29,573 bases of DNA from Bacilli bacterium (GTDB taxonomy: Bacteria; Bacillota_I; Bacilli_A; RFN20; UBA1709): assembly GCA_028694305.1 (NCBI GenBank), contig JAQUTO010000001.1, forward strand, positions 1 through 29,573, in the 5' to 3' direction. The notes beneath the pieces were generated by a model. That model searched no databases, was not told where the DNA came from, and worked only from the letters and a program-made list of their open reading frames with translations. A program made the position numbers and the translations under genes. Shown in pieces: positions 17,843 to 27,182 of the stretch (positions are counted from its first letter, which is position 1; the number at the start of each line of letters is the position of its first letter).

Positions 17843-18731
17843 CAATCAAGATTACGAGAAGAATAAAGAAGAAGAAACCGGAAAGGTTTTTAGCGACGGA
17901 TTTATTGTGAGTGTGGCATTTCTAGGGAATACCAAACCATATTACTTCCATACTTATGATGAGAATTTAAAAGAAGGCGACGTGGTTGTGGTTGAAACCG
18001 TGCATGGTGTTGAACTAGGTAGTGTTGTTAAGGCTTCAAAACCAGTCTCAGAATTTAAGCAAGGGATTTTCTTAAAAGAAATTATGCGGAAAGCAACCGA
18101 TGATGATAAAAAAAGAAACGAAGACAATATTATCAAAGCTCAGGAAGCCTTAGCCGAAACCAAACAAGCAGTCCATGATTTGAAATTAGAAATGCGTTTA
18201 CTAAAAGCAGAATACACTTTAGATGGAGCAAAACTGTCGATTGTTTATGCTGCAGATAATCGAGTTGATTTTAGAGAATTATTAAAGGTTTTAGCCTCTA
18301 AGTTCCATTGTAGGATTGATTTACGCCAAATTGGCTCGCGCGATCGTTCAAAGATTATCGGTGGACTTGGTATTTGTGGTTTACCACTTTGTTGTAATGT
18401 CTTTTTAGGCGAGTTTGAAGGCATTAGTATTAATATTGCTAAAAACCAATTTTTAGTTCTTAATATTCAAAAACTTTCTGGACAATGTGGAAAATTACTT
18501 TGCTGTCTCAAGTATGAAGATGATCAATATTCTGAACTAAAGCAAGGACTTCCAAAGATTGGGCAACGGGTTGTTTATGATGGTAGCCAATATAAGATTG
18601 GCAGCATCAATGTGTTATCGCGTGAAGCTCGTTTAGAGAGTAAAGAAGATATCAAAGTTATCAGTTTAGATGATTTAATTAAGTTAGAACAAGTCCCTTT
18701 CCAAAGAGGGCCTAAGAAGGAAGAACAATAA
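17832..18731 (+). CDS. ricT: PSP1-domain protein RicT/YaaT
   Basis: VVVETVHGVELG, RVDFRELLK, RIDLRQIG.RD, GICGLPLCC, KLSGQCGKLLCCLKYE. Start placed at ATG 17832 (AAGGAG RBS) rather than 17787. Confidence 0.92.
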   Translation: MPNNNQDYEKNKEEETGKVFSDGFIVSVAFLGNTKPYYFHTYDENLKEGDVVVVETVHGVELGSVVKASKPVSEFKQGIFLKEIMRKATDDDKKRNEDNIIKAQEALAETKQAVHDLKLEMRLLKAEYTLDGAKLSIVYAADNRVDFRELLKVLASKFHCRIDLRQIGSRDRSKIIGGLGICGLPLCCNVFLGEFEGISINIAKNQFLVLNIQKLSGQCGKLLCCLKYEDDQYSELKQGLPKIGQRVVYDGSQYKIGSINVLSREARLESKEDIKVISLDDLIKLEQVPFQRGPKKEEQ

Positions 18732-18732
18732 T

Positions 18733-19560
18733 ATGGATGGAACCTTGTATGTTGTTGCAACACCAATTGGGAATTTAGATGAGATGTCACCTCGTGCCAT
18801 CCTCGTTTTAAAGTCCGTCAAGATGATTGCTTGCGAAGATACAAGAGAAACCCTAAAACTTTGCAATCGTTTTGATATCGATACACCATTAATGTCTTGC
18901 CACGAACACAATGAGTATTTTGTGGCTGATAAAATTGTTGAAATTCTCAAAAGAGGCGATGATGTCGCTTTGGTTAGTGATGCCGGTTATCCAGGAATAT
19001 CAGATCCAGGTAATGTTGTGGTTAATCGTTGCATTGAACACCGAATTAAAGTGGCGGTAGTTTCTGGACCATGCGCTTTAATTAATGGTTTAGTTGGGTC
19101 AGGCATGGATGCTCAGCATTTCCTTTTCTATGGCTTCTTAGACCATAAACAAGGAGAGCGCAAAAAGGAACTAATTGAATTAACTAAGATTAAAAACACT
19201 ATCATCTTCTATGAGGCGCCACACAGGATAAATGAATCATTAGAAGATATGTTAGAAATACTCGGTGACCGGCAAATTGTAATTGCTAGGGAGTTGACCA
19301 AGAAATTTGAAGAGTATCTTCGGGGTTCTATCTCTGAGATTATGACTAAGATTAAGGCTAAACCAATCAAAGGTGAAATGGTCATAATAGTTGAAGGTGC
19401 TAAACCAGAACCAGCCGTCTCATATAGCGATGTTGAAGTTCTTGAGATGGTCAATAGTTACATTCAACAAGGAATGAGCACCAGTGATGCCATTAAAGAA
19501 GTCGCTTCAGTGACGAAAATCAAAAAAAACGAGATTTATCATAAGTTTCATCAAAACTAA
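18733..19560 (+). CDS. rsmI: 16S rRNA C1402 2'-O-methyltransferase
   Basis: LYVVATPIGNL, ACEDTR, VSDAGYPGISDPG, FYEAPHR, ARELTKKFEE, KGE motifs. Confidence 0.96.
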   Translation: MDGTLYVVATPIGNLDEMSPRAILVLKSVKMIACEDTRETLKLCNRFDIDTPLMSCHEHNEYFVADKIVEILKRGDDVALVSDAGYPGISDPGNVVVNRCIEHRIKVAVVSGPCALINGLVGSGMDAQHFLFYGFLDHKQGERKKELIELTKIKNTIIFYEAPHRINESLEDMLEILGDRQIVIARELTKKFEEYLRGSISEIMTKIKAKPIKGEMVIIVEGAKPEPAVSYSDVEVLEMVNSYIQQGMSTSDAIKEVASVTKIKKNEIYHKFHQN

Positions 19561-19561
19561 C

Positions 19562-19590
19562 TACACATAGATGTGTAAAAATGCTAAAAT
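19562..19590 (+). promoter_or_regulatory. Possible promoter of the EF-G paralog
   Basis: TACACA (19562-19567), 17 bp, TAAAAT (19585-19590) with a TG extension. Confidence 0.55.
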
Positions 19591-19647
19591 AATAAAGTAG
19601 GTTAAAATTTGAATAATATAACGCTAGACATATAGGAGGAAAATTAT

Positions 19648-21738
19648 ATGAAAGAATATGCCCCTAGTAACATTCGTAACGTCATTGTAGTTGGCCACCA
19701 AGGCAGTGGCAAAACAAGCGTGGTCGAATCATTCCTAAAAATGAGTGGTGCGATTGCTAAGAAGGGATCAGTGACTGAGAAGAATACAGTTTCTGACTTC
19801 ACCAAAGAGGAAAAGAATGCAGGAGTATCTTTTTATAGTAGTTTGATTCCTGTTGAATTTGAAGATACCAAGTATAATTTTATCGATACACCGGGGTTCT
19901 ATGATTTCAACCAAGAAGTCATTTGTGCGAGCCGGGTTGCGAGAACCGCAGTTATCGTTGTTGATGCTCAAAAGGGCGTTGAAATTGGAACCATGAAAGA
20001 ATGGCGCCAAATTCGTTCAAAGAGTATTCCAGCCATCGTTTTTATCAATAAGATGGATAAAGAAAATATTAAATTTGACGAATTGATTGATTCAGTGCGT
20101 GACAAACTAGGTAAAAGAGCTGTTCCATTCTGCTGGCCAATCGGACATGGTGATAAGTTTGAGGGATTTGTCAATGTGGTCGAGAATAAAGCTAGAATCT
20201 TTGATGGCAAGGAATCACACGATGATGTGGTTTGGCCAGAAAGAAAAGAACAAGCTAAGAAACTTAGAGATATGATTGTTGAATCAGTCGCTAATGTTGA
20301 TGATGACGTCATGATGAAAGTTCTTGAAGAACAAGAAGTCACAGACGAAGAAATTAAAAAAGGTCTCAAGAAAGGTATTGCCCAAGGAGCTTTAGTTCCA
20401 GTTATTGTGGGGAGTGCTTTAAAAGATGTTGGTGTTAGAACATTAATGCGGGAAATTAAACAATACTTCCCAAGCGAAGCTGATTTAAGAGAACCATTTG
20501 GTGAAGCACCAGAAGGCATGGAAATTATTGAAAGAAAAGTCGATGTTAAAGAACCATTCTCTGCCTATGTTTGGAAAACTATTGTTGATCCATTTATGGG
20601 TAAACTTTCTTTCATCGCAGTGCGTTCAGGAAGCATTAGTAAAGATCAAACAATTTTGAATGTTAATAAAGATGAGAAAGAGAGAATTAATAACATTGCC
20701 TTCATTCGGGGCAAAGAACAATTAGAAACAACTAAGATTACTGCTGGTGATTTAGGTATTATCATGAAGGTTGACTCTTTAGAAACTGGCGATACTATTG
20801 CTGATCCAGCTAACCCAATCAAATATGATGATGTTGAAAGATTAGCACCAACTATTTATTATGCTCTAGTTGTTAAGAATAAAAATGATGAAAGTAAGAT
20901 TACAGAATCATTACGTCGTATTTGTGCTGAAGATCTTTCTATTACTGCAACTAGAAATGCTGAAACAAAACAATTACTTGTTGGTTGCCAAGGACAACCA
21001 CAGATTGATAATGTCATCTTCAAATTGAAAAATCTATATAACATTGAGGCCACAATTGAAGATGCCAGAATCTCTTATCGTGAAACCATTAAAGGAACAG
21101 CTGATGTTGAAGGACGTTATGTCAAGCAATCTGGCGGTTCTGGTCAATATGGTATTGTTGTGATTAAGTTTGAACCATTGCATGATGGTAAGGACTTTGA
21201 ATTCGTTGATGATATCTTTGGTGGGGCCGTTCCATCTAACTTTATTCCTGCAGTTCAAAAAGGACTTGAAGATTCAATGAAGTCTGGTGTTCTTGCTGGA
21301 TTCCCAGTCATCGGAGTTAAAGCTAGTTTACATGATGGTAAATACCATCCAGTTGATTCCAGTGAATTGGCCTTCAAAATGGCCGCTTCCTTTGCCTTCA
21401 AAGATGGCTGTAAAGCAGCTAAACCAACCTTACTAGAACCAATTATGGAAATTAAGGTTGTTGCACCTAATGATTATATTGGTGATATCATGGGCGACTT
21501 AAGTAAACGGAGAGGAATCATCATGGGTATTGAGCCTGTTGGTGAAGAACAATACATTACTGCAGAATGCCCTCAAGTTGAATTACAAAAATATATTATT
21601 GATTTAAAGACTATGACCCAAGGTCAAGCCACCTTCACCATGAAGTTCTTACGTTATGATGAAGTGCCAAGCAACTTGATTCCAAAGATTATTCAAGAGA
21701 AACAAGCTTTAGATCAAGCAGTTGCTGCAGCTAAATAG
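19648..21738 (+). CDS. Elongation factor G paralog (EF-G2/EF-G II type), not the canonical str-operon fusA
   Basis: 696 aa with the full EF-G layout: GHQGSGKTS, DTPGFYDF, NKMD, ISYRETI, KQSGGSGQYG, HPVDSSELAF, LLEPIM, GDLSKRRG. Stand-alone gene without rpsL/rpsG/tuf; AGGAGG RBS. Confidence 0.9.
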   Translation: MKEYAPSNIRNVIVVGHQGSGKTSVVESFLKMSGAIAKKGSVTEKNTVSDFTKEEKNAGVSFYSSLIPVEFEDTKYNFIDTPGFYDFNQEVICASRVARTAVIVVDAQKGVEIGTMKEWRQIRSKSIPAIVFINKMDKENIKFDELIDSVRDKLGKRAVPFCWPIGHGDKFEGFVNVVENKARIFDGKESHDDVVWPERKEQAKKLRDMIVESVANVDDDVMMKVLEEQEVTDEEIKKGLKKGIAQGALVPVIVGSALKDVGVRTLMREIKQYFPSEADLREPFGEAPEGMEIIERKVDVKEPFSAYVWKTIVDPFMGKLSFIAVRSGSISKDQTILNVNKDEKERINNIAFIRGKEQLETTKITAGDLGIIMKVDSLETGDTIADPANPIKYDDVERLAPTIYYALVVKNKNDESKITESLRRICAEDLSITATRNAETKQLLVGCQGQPQIDNVIFKLKNLYNIEATIEDARISYRETIKGTADVEGRYVKQSGGSGQYGIVVIKFEPLHDGKDFEFVDDIFGGAVPSNFIPAVQKGLEDSMKSGVLAGFPVIGVKASLHDGKYHPVDSSELAFKMAASFAFKDGCKAAKPTLLEPIMEIKVVAPNDYIGDIMGDLSKRRGIIMGIEPVGEEQYITAECPQVELQKYIIDLKTMTQGQATFTMKFLRYDEVPSNLIPKIIQEKQALDQAVAAAK

Positions 21739-21744
21739 TTACTT

Positions 21745-21772
21745 AACGCGCCCTAAAGGCGCGTTTTATTTT
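21745..21772 (+). terminator. Intrinsic terminator after the EF-G paralog
   Basis: AACGCGCC-CTAAA-GGCGCGTT followed by TTATTTT. Confidence 0.85.
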
Positions 21773-21793
21773 GCCAATGGAAAGTAAAGTGTA

Positions 21794-21822
21794 TTGAGAT
21801 AATTACTAAAAAAGATTATTAT
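21794..21822 (+). promoter_or_regulatory. Possible SigA promoter of the aminopeptidase gene
   Basis: TTGAGA (21794-21799), 17 bp, TATTAT (21817-21822). Confidence 0.55.
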
Positions 21823-21850
21823 TAATCCATATTGAGAAGGAGATTTAAAT

Positions 21851-23086
21851 ATGAAAAAAGAAGAAGTTATTGAAAAATTAGCAGAGTTAATTGTTAAAAA
21901 AGGCGTTAATATTCAAAAAGGACAACCTTTAAATGTTAGTTCTAACTTAGAATCAGCACCACTAGCTATTGCCATTACAAAAGAAGCATATAAAGCTGGG
22001 GCCAGTTGGGTTCATGTTGATTTTGATGATGCCTATATTTCTAAGTATGGACTTATGTATCAAAGCGAAGAGCAACTTAAGAAAGTTCCAGAATGGATAA
22101 TGGATAAGTATTTATATGGAATTAGAGAAGGTGTAGCAATGGTTAGTATTGCTTCCCCAAAACCCAACGCTATGGTTGGAGTTGATCCAAAAAAGATTCA
22201 GATGCAACAAATGGCAATGCAATCGCATCCTAAGTTTGCTGAGATTATGGATTATTCTATGTCCAATAAAGGTCAATGGTGCGTCTGCTCTTACCCTAAC
22301 TTTGAATGGGCTAAGAAGGTTTTTCCTAATTTACCTGAAGAAGAAGTTTTTGATAAACTCTTTGATGCCATTCTTAAAACTTCAAGAGTTGATAATGACC
22401 CAATTAAGGCTTGGGAAAAGCATAACGCAAACATGGCTAAGCGTAGCAAGATTATGAATGAGTTTAACTTCAAATCATTACATTATAAAAATAGTTTAGG
22501 AACCGATTTCACAATTGAACTAATTCCAAACCATATTTGGAGTGGTGGCTCAGAAAATTCAGCCAAAGGTATTGAATTTAATCCAAACATTCCAACCGAA
22601 GAAGTTTTTACAGCTCCAAATAAATATGGCGTAAATGGTAAGGTTGTGGCCACTAAGCCACTCTTCACACAAGGCAAACTAGTTGAGGATTTCTGGTTTG
22701 AATTTAAAGATGGTAAGGTCGTTAATTATGGTGCCAAAAAAGAACAAGCCGTTCTTAAGAACATTGTCGAGAATGACCCAGGTAGTTGCTATCTAGGGGA
22801 AGTCGCTCTTGTTCCATTTGATTCACCAATTCAACAAAGTGGAATTCTATTCTATAATACTTTGTTTGATGAAAATGCTTCTTGTCATTTAGCTTTAGGT
22901 ATGGCTTATCCAAGCTGTCTAAAGGGTGGCACTGAGATGAGTTTTGAACAACAAGAAAAAGCCGGTCTCAATCACGCTAAAACCCATGTTGATTTCATGG
23001 TTGGAAGTAAGGATCTAGAAATCATCGGAACTAAGTTTGATGGGACAACAGTTCAAGTCTTCAAGAACGGGAACTTTACATTCTAA
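21851..23086 (+). CDS. ampS: M29-family metallo-aminopeptidase (AmpS/PepS/aminopeptidase T type)
   Basis: GVNIQKGQ, PNIPTEEVFTAP, LGEVALV, NTLFDENASCHLALG, HVDFM motifs; 411 aa. Confidence 0.93.
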   Translation: MKKEEVIEKLAELIVKKGVNIQKGQPLNVSSNLESAPLAIAITKEAYKAGASWVHVDFDDAYISKYGLMYQSEEQLKKVPEWIMDKYLYGIREGVAMVSIASPKPNAMVGVDPKKIQMQQMAMQSHPKFAEIMDYSMSNKGQWCVCSYPNFEWAKKVFPNLPEEEVFDKLFDAILKTSRVDNDPIKAWEKHNANMAKRSKIMNEFNFKSLHYKNSLGTDFTIELIPNHIWSGGSENSAKGIEFNPNIPTEEVFTAPNKYGVNGKVVATKPLFTQGKLVEDFWFEFKDGKVVNYGAKKEQAVLKNIVENDPGSCYLGEVALVPFDSPIQQSGILFYNTLFDENASCHLALGMAYPSCLKGGTEMSFEQQEKAGLNHAKTHVDFMVGSKDLEIIGTKFDGTTVQVFKNGNFTF

Positions 23087-23089
23087 AAT

Positions 23090-23118
23090 AAAAAGCGGGA
23101 ATTGGATTCCCGTTTTTT
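23090..23118. terminator. Bidirectional terminator between convergent ampS and potD
   Basis: AAAAAG-CGGGAAT-TGG-ATTCCCG-TTTTTT; A and T tracts on both flanks. Confidence 0.8.
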
Positions 23119-24256
23119 ATGAAGAGGCCTTCACTCTAGCCCAAGCACTTTCAATGGCTTGTTTTGTCGCTAAGTCGAAACTATAGACTTCATCTGTTTC
23201 ACTTGTTATAACAGAATAGATTCCAATCAGTCGAGGATCTTCTAGACTGGCAATAACATCATTATATACATCTTTTAATGGTGAGGTATAACCGACCATT
23301 TCAGTATTTAATAAACCTTGTTCATAAGACAACATGTGTCCGATAAATTTATAGGCTAGTTCTTTGTTTTGAGCATTTTTTGGCACAATCATACTATCCC
23401 AACAAATATCAGTGCCAACACTCGGGTTATAGAAATCAATATCTTCATTGGCATCCATAATTGTAAAGGCATCGCCCGAGAAGACCATGGCTGCATCATA
23501 TAAGCCAGCTGGGACATCATCAATAACCTCATCAATTAAATAAGCTATTTGACTGCCCATCACTTTCTTTTGCTCTTTCAGCCAAGTCTCTGCTTCTCCG
23601 ATTTTTTCTAAGTCGGTGGTATTAGAAGAATAACCAAGTTGATGAAGGGCAATCATGAAGGCATCACGTGATGATTCACGCACAGCGCCCTTATATTTAG
23701 GATTTCTTAAGATATTCCATTGTTGTTCTTCAATTTCTTCTTTAGAGATAACTTTAGTATTATAGACTAAAGTAATATTTTGGAAGAAATAAGGAGCGGC
23801 ATATTTTAGATAATCAAAGCCGGTTTCTGATTTGGCTTTTGCTAATTGTGCTACAAGTGGATCAATTAAATCGTTGGTGGCATCGAAGTGTCTTTCATTA
23901 CCTGCCTTATCAGTGATAATAATTTTGTCCCAATCTAGTTCTTCAAGTCGATCTTCAGAAACTAATTGTTGGACAGCGACTTCACTTGGGAAGATGACAT
24001 CAAATGATTGAAGTCTCATCTTAGTGACGACAGTCTCATTGTCTGGGAAAGTTGAGACATTCACACAAACGTTGTATTTCTCTTCAAATGAAGTAATGGT
24101 GGCAGAATCCATATACTCACCCCAGTTATAAATATTAAGGGTTTCTTTGGATAAACAACCCATCATTCTTTCAATGGCACAGCTTTCAACTAGTGGTAAT
24201 AAAGCAACACATAATCCGACCACTAAGAAGCGTGAAATATTAGTCTTCATCTTCAT
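23117..24256 (-). CDS. potD: Polyamine-type ABC transporter substrate-binding lipoprotein
   Basis: LNIYNWGEYM, FEEKYN, NKELAYKFI motifs; hydrophobic signal ending in VESC; last gene of the pot cluster. Start uncertain (ATG 24262, 24256 or 24250); 24256 has the best spacing from AAGGTG. Confidence 0.82.
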   Translation of the reverse strand: MKMKTNISRFLVVGLCVALLPLVESCAIERMMGCLSKETLNIYNWGEYMDSATITSFEEKYNVCVNVSTFPDNETVVTKMRLQSFDVIFPSEVAVQQLVSEDRLEELDWDKIIITDKAGNERHFDATNDLIDPLVAQLAKAKSETGFDYLKYAAPYFFQNITLVYNTKVISKEEIEEQQWNILRNPKYKGAVRESSRDAFMIALHQLGYSSNTTDLEKIGEAETWLKEQKKVMGSQIAYLIDEVIDDVPAGLYDAAMVFSGDAFTIMDANEDIDFYNPSVGTDICWDSMIVPKNAQNKELAYKFIGHMLSYEQGLLNTEMVGYTSPLKDVYNDVIASLEDPRLIGIYSVITSETDEVYSFDLATKQAIESAWARVKASS

Positions 24257-25037
24257 TGTCATTCACCTTCTTATGCTTAATTGTATTAGATAAAACAAGC
24301 ACGATAATAATGCCAGTAATAATAATAGTAGATAAGGCATTAATGGTAGGTTCTAGTCTTCTTAATGTATAAAGATAAATAGAAATATTATTCACAGTTC
24401 CGGCGGTAAAGTAAGAGATAACAAAGTCATCAAATGAAAGAGTGAAACAAAGTGAAGCCGCTGAGATAATTACGGTTTTAATGTTAGGAATAATGATATG
24501 CCAAATAGTTCCTAAAGGCGTGGCACCTAAGTCTAAACTAGCTTCCACCATATTTTCATCCATTTCTCTAAGTTTAGGATAAACAGTGACAATAACATAT
24601 GGGATGGTAAAAGTAATATGAGCTAAAATCATAGTTAAATAACCTTGACCTATACCAAGTGATAAGAATAAAAGTAATAAGGATACAGCGGTGACAATTT
24701 CAGGGTTAATCATTGGTAAGTTGTTGAGGTTTAATAAACCATCTCTCATTACCTTTTTCATTCTAGAAATGGCAATCGCAGCCAATGTTCCTAACACCGT
24801 TGAAACAAGTGTGGCGACAACAGCAACAAAGATTGTATTTAAAACCGCAGTCATAACTTGACCATCGTTAAAGAGTTTGTCATACCAAATAAAACTAAAA
24901 CTTTGGAAGTTGGTTAATGAACGATCTGAGTTAAACGAGAAGATAACTAAGGATAAAATTGGAGCATAGCAGAAAATCAAAACGAGAATGACATAGATAA
25001 CAGAAAAATTAAACTTTCTTGTTTTTTTAATTTTCAT
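24240..25037 (-). CDS. potC: Polyamine-type ABC transporter permease
   Basis: YAPILSLVIFSFN, EASLDLGA EAA loop, FTLSFDDFVISYF, INALST. Start placed at ATG 25037 (GAGGAGG RBS). Confidence 0.9.
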   Translation of the reverse strand: MKIKKTRKFNFSVIYVILVLIFCYAPILSLVIFSFNSDRSLTNFQSFSFIWYDKLFNDGQVMTAVLNTIFVAVVATLVSTVLGTLAAIAISRMKKVMRDGLLNLNNLPMINPEIVTAVSLLLLFLSLGIGQGYLTMILAHITFTIPYVIVTVYPKLREMDENMVEASLDLGATPLGTIWHIIIPNIKTVIISAASLCFTLSFDDFVISYFTAGTVNNISIYLYTLRRLEPTINALSTIIITGIIIVLVLSNTIKHKKVNDNEDED

Positions 25038-25038
25038 G

Positions 25039-25962
25039 TTAATCATCCTCCTCGTCTTTATGGAAGCGGTCAACTTTCTTAGTTAAGAACAAGATGATAA
25101 ATAAGACCACAACCAAAATAATGGAAATGGCCGCCCCATAGTTCCAAAGACCACTCTTCAAGAACTTCTGTTCAATTAAGTTACCGATTAAGAAATACCG
25201 ACCTTCACCTAAAAACCGTGGGACAACCAAGGTTGTTGCCGATGGTAATAGGACCATTGTGACACCCGATAAAACTCCCGGCAATGATAATGGTAAGGTA
25301 ACTTTAAAGAAGGTATATTTTCTTGAAGCACCCAGGTCTAAACTGGCTTCAATTAAACGATTATCTATTTTGGATAAGTTATTATAAATAGGGATTACCA
25401 TAAATGGTAAGAAGATATAAACCATACCAAGCACAACAGCGAAGTCAGTTCCTAAAAAGTTAATAGGTTCCATTCCAAATAACCACCCTAAGGCAGCATT
25501 TAATGGGCCAGCTGTTGATAAGATTTGTTTCCAAGCAATGGTTCTTAATAACATATTAACCCACATTGGAGCCGAAACTAGTAAAATGATCAAAGCTTGT
25601 TTCTTGAGTTTATAATCACAGATTATATAGGCTAAAGGATATGCAATTAATAAAGTAACAATAGTAGTGATACCACTAATTCTAATTGAGTCCCATAATA
25701 CCCCAACAAAGCCTTCCTCTTGGAAGAAAGCAATGAAGTTATTTAAGGTTAATAAAATAGCATCATCTTTATTTGGTGTGGTGATGGCATAGAACAAGAT
25801 TAAAATCATTGGAATAATGACTAAGACTAAAAGAATTAGATAATAAGGAATACCTAACAATTTAAATCTTTCTAGTGCAGTTTTAGGTCGCTTGATATAT
25901 GCCTTGATTTGTTTTAGTAAAGGCGAACGCCCTCCAGGGGCTTTTTTAACAGTACCAATCAT
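25039..25962 (-). CDS. potB: Polyamine-type ABC transporter permease
   Basis: PMWVNMLLR, YIFLPFMVIPIY, EASLDLGA, LPLSLPGV, IGNLIEQKF motifs. Confidence 0.9.
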   Translation of the reverse strand: MIGTVKKAPGGRSPLLKQIKAYIKRPKTALERFKLLGIPYYLILLVLVIIPMILILFYAITTPNKDDAILLTLNNFIAFFQEEGFVGVLWDSIRISGITTIVTLLIAYPLAYIICDYKLKKQALIILLVSAPMWVNMLLRTIAWKQILSTAGPLNAALGWLFGMEPINFLGTDFAVVLGMVYIFLPFMVIPIYNNLSKIDNRLIEASLDLGASRKYTFFKVTLPLSLPGVLSGVTMVLLPSATTLVVPRFLGEGRYFLIGNLIEQKFLKSGLWNYGAAISIILVVVLFIILFLTKKVDRFHKDEEDD

Positions 25963-25963
25963 A

Positions 25964-27013
25964 TTAGATTTTCTCCATCAGATGGATGCAATCTGGGTAG
26001 AAGCGGATTGAAACTTCTTTACCAATTGGATATTCTTGCGTTGTTTCAACGGCATAAACTCGATTGGCAGTTGTGACATCTATCTCGAAATAAGTTCCTT
26101 TAAAGATAACATCGGTGATAGTACCATCGATTTTACCTCTACCAAGCGCGACAATTTTAACATCTTCTGGTCGAATCATAACATCGACCTCTTGATCTTT
26201 GAGAAAACCTTGTTGTTCACACTCAAAAGTCATGCCATCAAATTTAACTTTGGTAGGACCTTTGACAATGCCACTTAAAAGGTTGGATTCACCAACAAAT
26301 TTAGCCACATATTTATTAACAGGGTTATTATAGATTTCTTGAGGAGTACCGACTTGATGAATATCGCCATCTCTCATAACTACGATTTTGTCGGACATAG
26401 TCAAAGCTTCTTCTTGGTCGTGAGTTACATAAATAAAGGTAATCTCAGTTTCTTTTTGAATTCTTTTTAATTCATATTGCATTTCCTGACGAAGTTTTAA
26501 GTCGAGGGCTCCGAGAGGTTCATCTAGTAGTAAGACTTTAGGTTCATTAACTAGGGCCCTGGCAATAGCAATTCGTTGTTGTTGTCCACCAGAGAGTTTT
26601 TGAATAGACCGAGTTTCAAAGCCTTCTAGGCCCACCATTTTCAGCATTTCGGTTACTTTAGTTTGGATGACATTCTTATCCATTTTCTTAACCCTTAAGC
26701 CATAAGCTACGTTTTCGAAGACGTTCAAATGTGGAAATAAAGCGTACTTTTGGAACACTGTATTAGTTGGTCTTTTATGAGGTGGGATATTTGCAACATC
26801 TTTTCCTTCAAAAAAGACCGCACCGGAATCAGCGCGCTCAAATCCACCAATTATTCTTAATAATGTCGTCTTACCACAGCCCGAAGGACCGAGAAGGGTT
26901 ACAAATTCATTTTCGTAAATAGTTAAATTTAGCTTTTTCAAAATAACATTTTTACCAAAGCTTTTCGTCAAATCTTTAAGTTCAATTAGAACGTGTCGCT
27001 GCAGACCATCCAT
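25964..27013 (-). CDS. potA: Polyamine-type ABC transporter ATP-binding subunit
   Basis: GPSGCGKTT, NTVFQKYALFPHLNV, LSGGQQQRIAIARAL, LLLDEPLGALD, VTHDQEEAL; C-terminal TOBE-like region. Confidence 0.93.
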   Translation of the reverse strand: MDGLQRHVLIELKDLTKSFGKNVILKKLNLTIYENEFVTLLGPSGCGKTTLLRIIGGFERADSGAVFFEGKDVANIPPHKRPTNTVFQKYALFPHLNVFENVAYGLRVKKMDKNVIQTKVTEMLKMVGLEGFETRSIQKLSGGQQQRIAIARALVNEPKVLLLDEPLGALDLKLRQEMQYELKRIQKETEITFIYVTHDQEEALTMSDKIVVMRDGDIHQVGTPQEIYNNPVNKYVAKFVGESNLLSGIVKGPTKVKFDGMTFECEQQGFLKDQEVDVMIRPEDVKIVALGRGKIDGTITDVIFKGTYFEIDVTTANRVYAVETTQEYPIGKEVSIRFYPDCIHLMEKI

Positions 27014-27055
27014 TTATTCCGCCCTCCGAATAAATACTATATTTTTATACACCTA

Positions 27056-27083
27056 ATTATACAAGCGCTAAAGCGAAATACAA
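27056..27083 (-). promoter_or_regulatory. Possible SigA promoter of potABCD
   Basis: Minus strand TTGTAT (27083-27078), 16 bp, TATAAT (27061-27056). Confidence 0.5.
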
Positions 27084-27182
27084 TAATTATTTTTGGAAAT
27101 ATTTTTTTGGGAAGTTTAAGGGCGCAAAAAGATGGTTTTATCTGTCCTTAAAGCATCTTTTCTAGTATTTGATTATCATAAA

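Noticed and set aside
19648-21738. EF-G paralog as a TetM/TetO ribosomal protection protein
   Set aside because: It keeps EF-G domain IV motifs (QSGGSGQYG, HPVDSSELAF) and EF-G length, lacks the canonical DAGKT/RGITI G-motifs that Tet proteins retain, and has no mobile context.
25928-25947. GCCC-TCCAG-GGGC followed by TTTTTT in the 5' end of potB, as an antisense terminator
   Set aside because: Only a 4-5 bp stem inside coding sequence; too weak to call.
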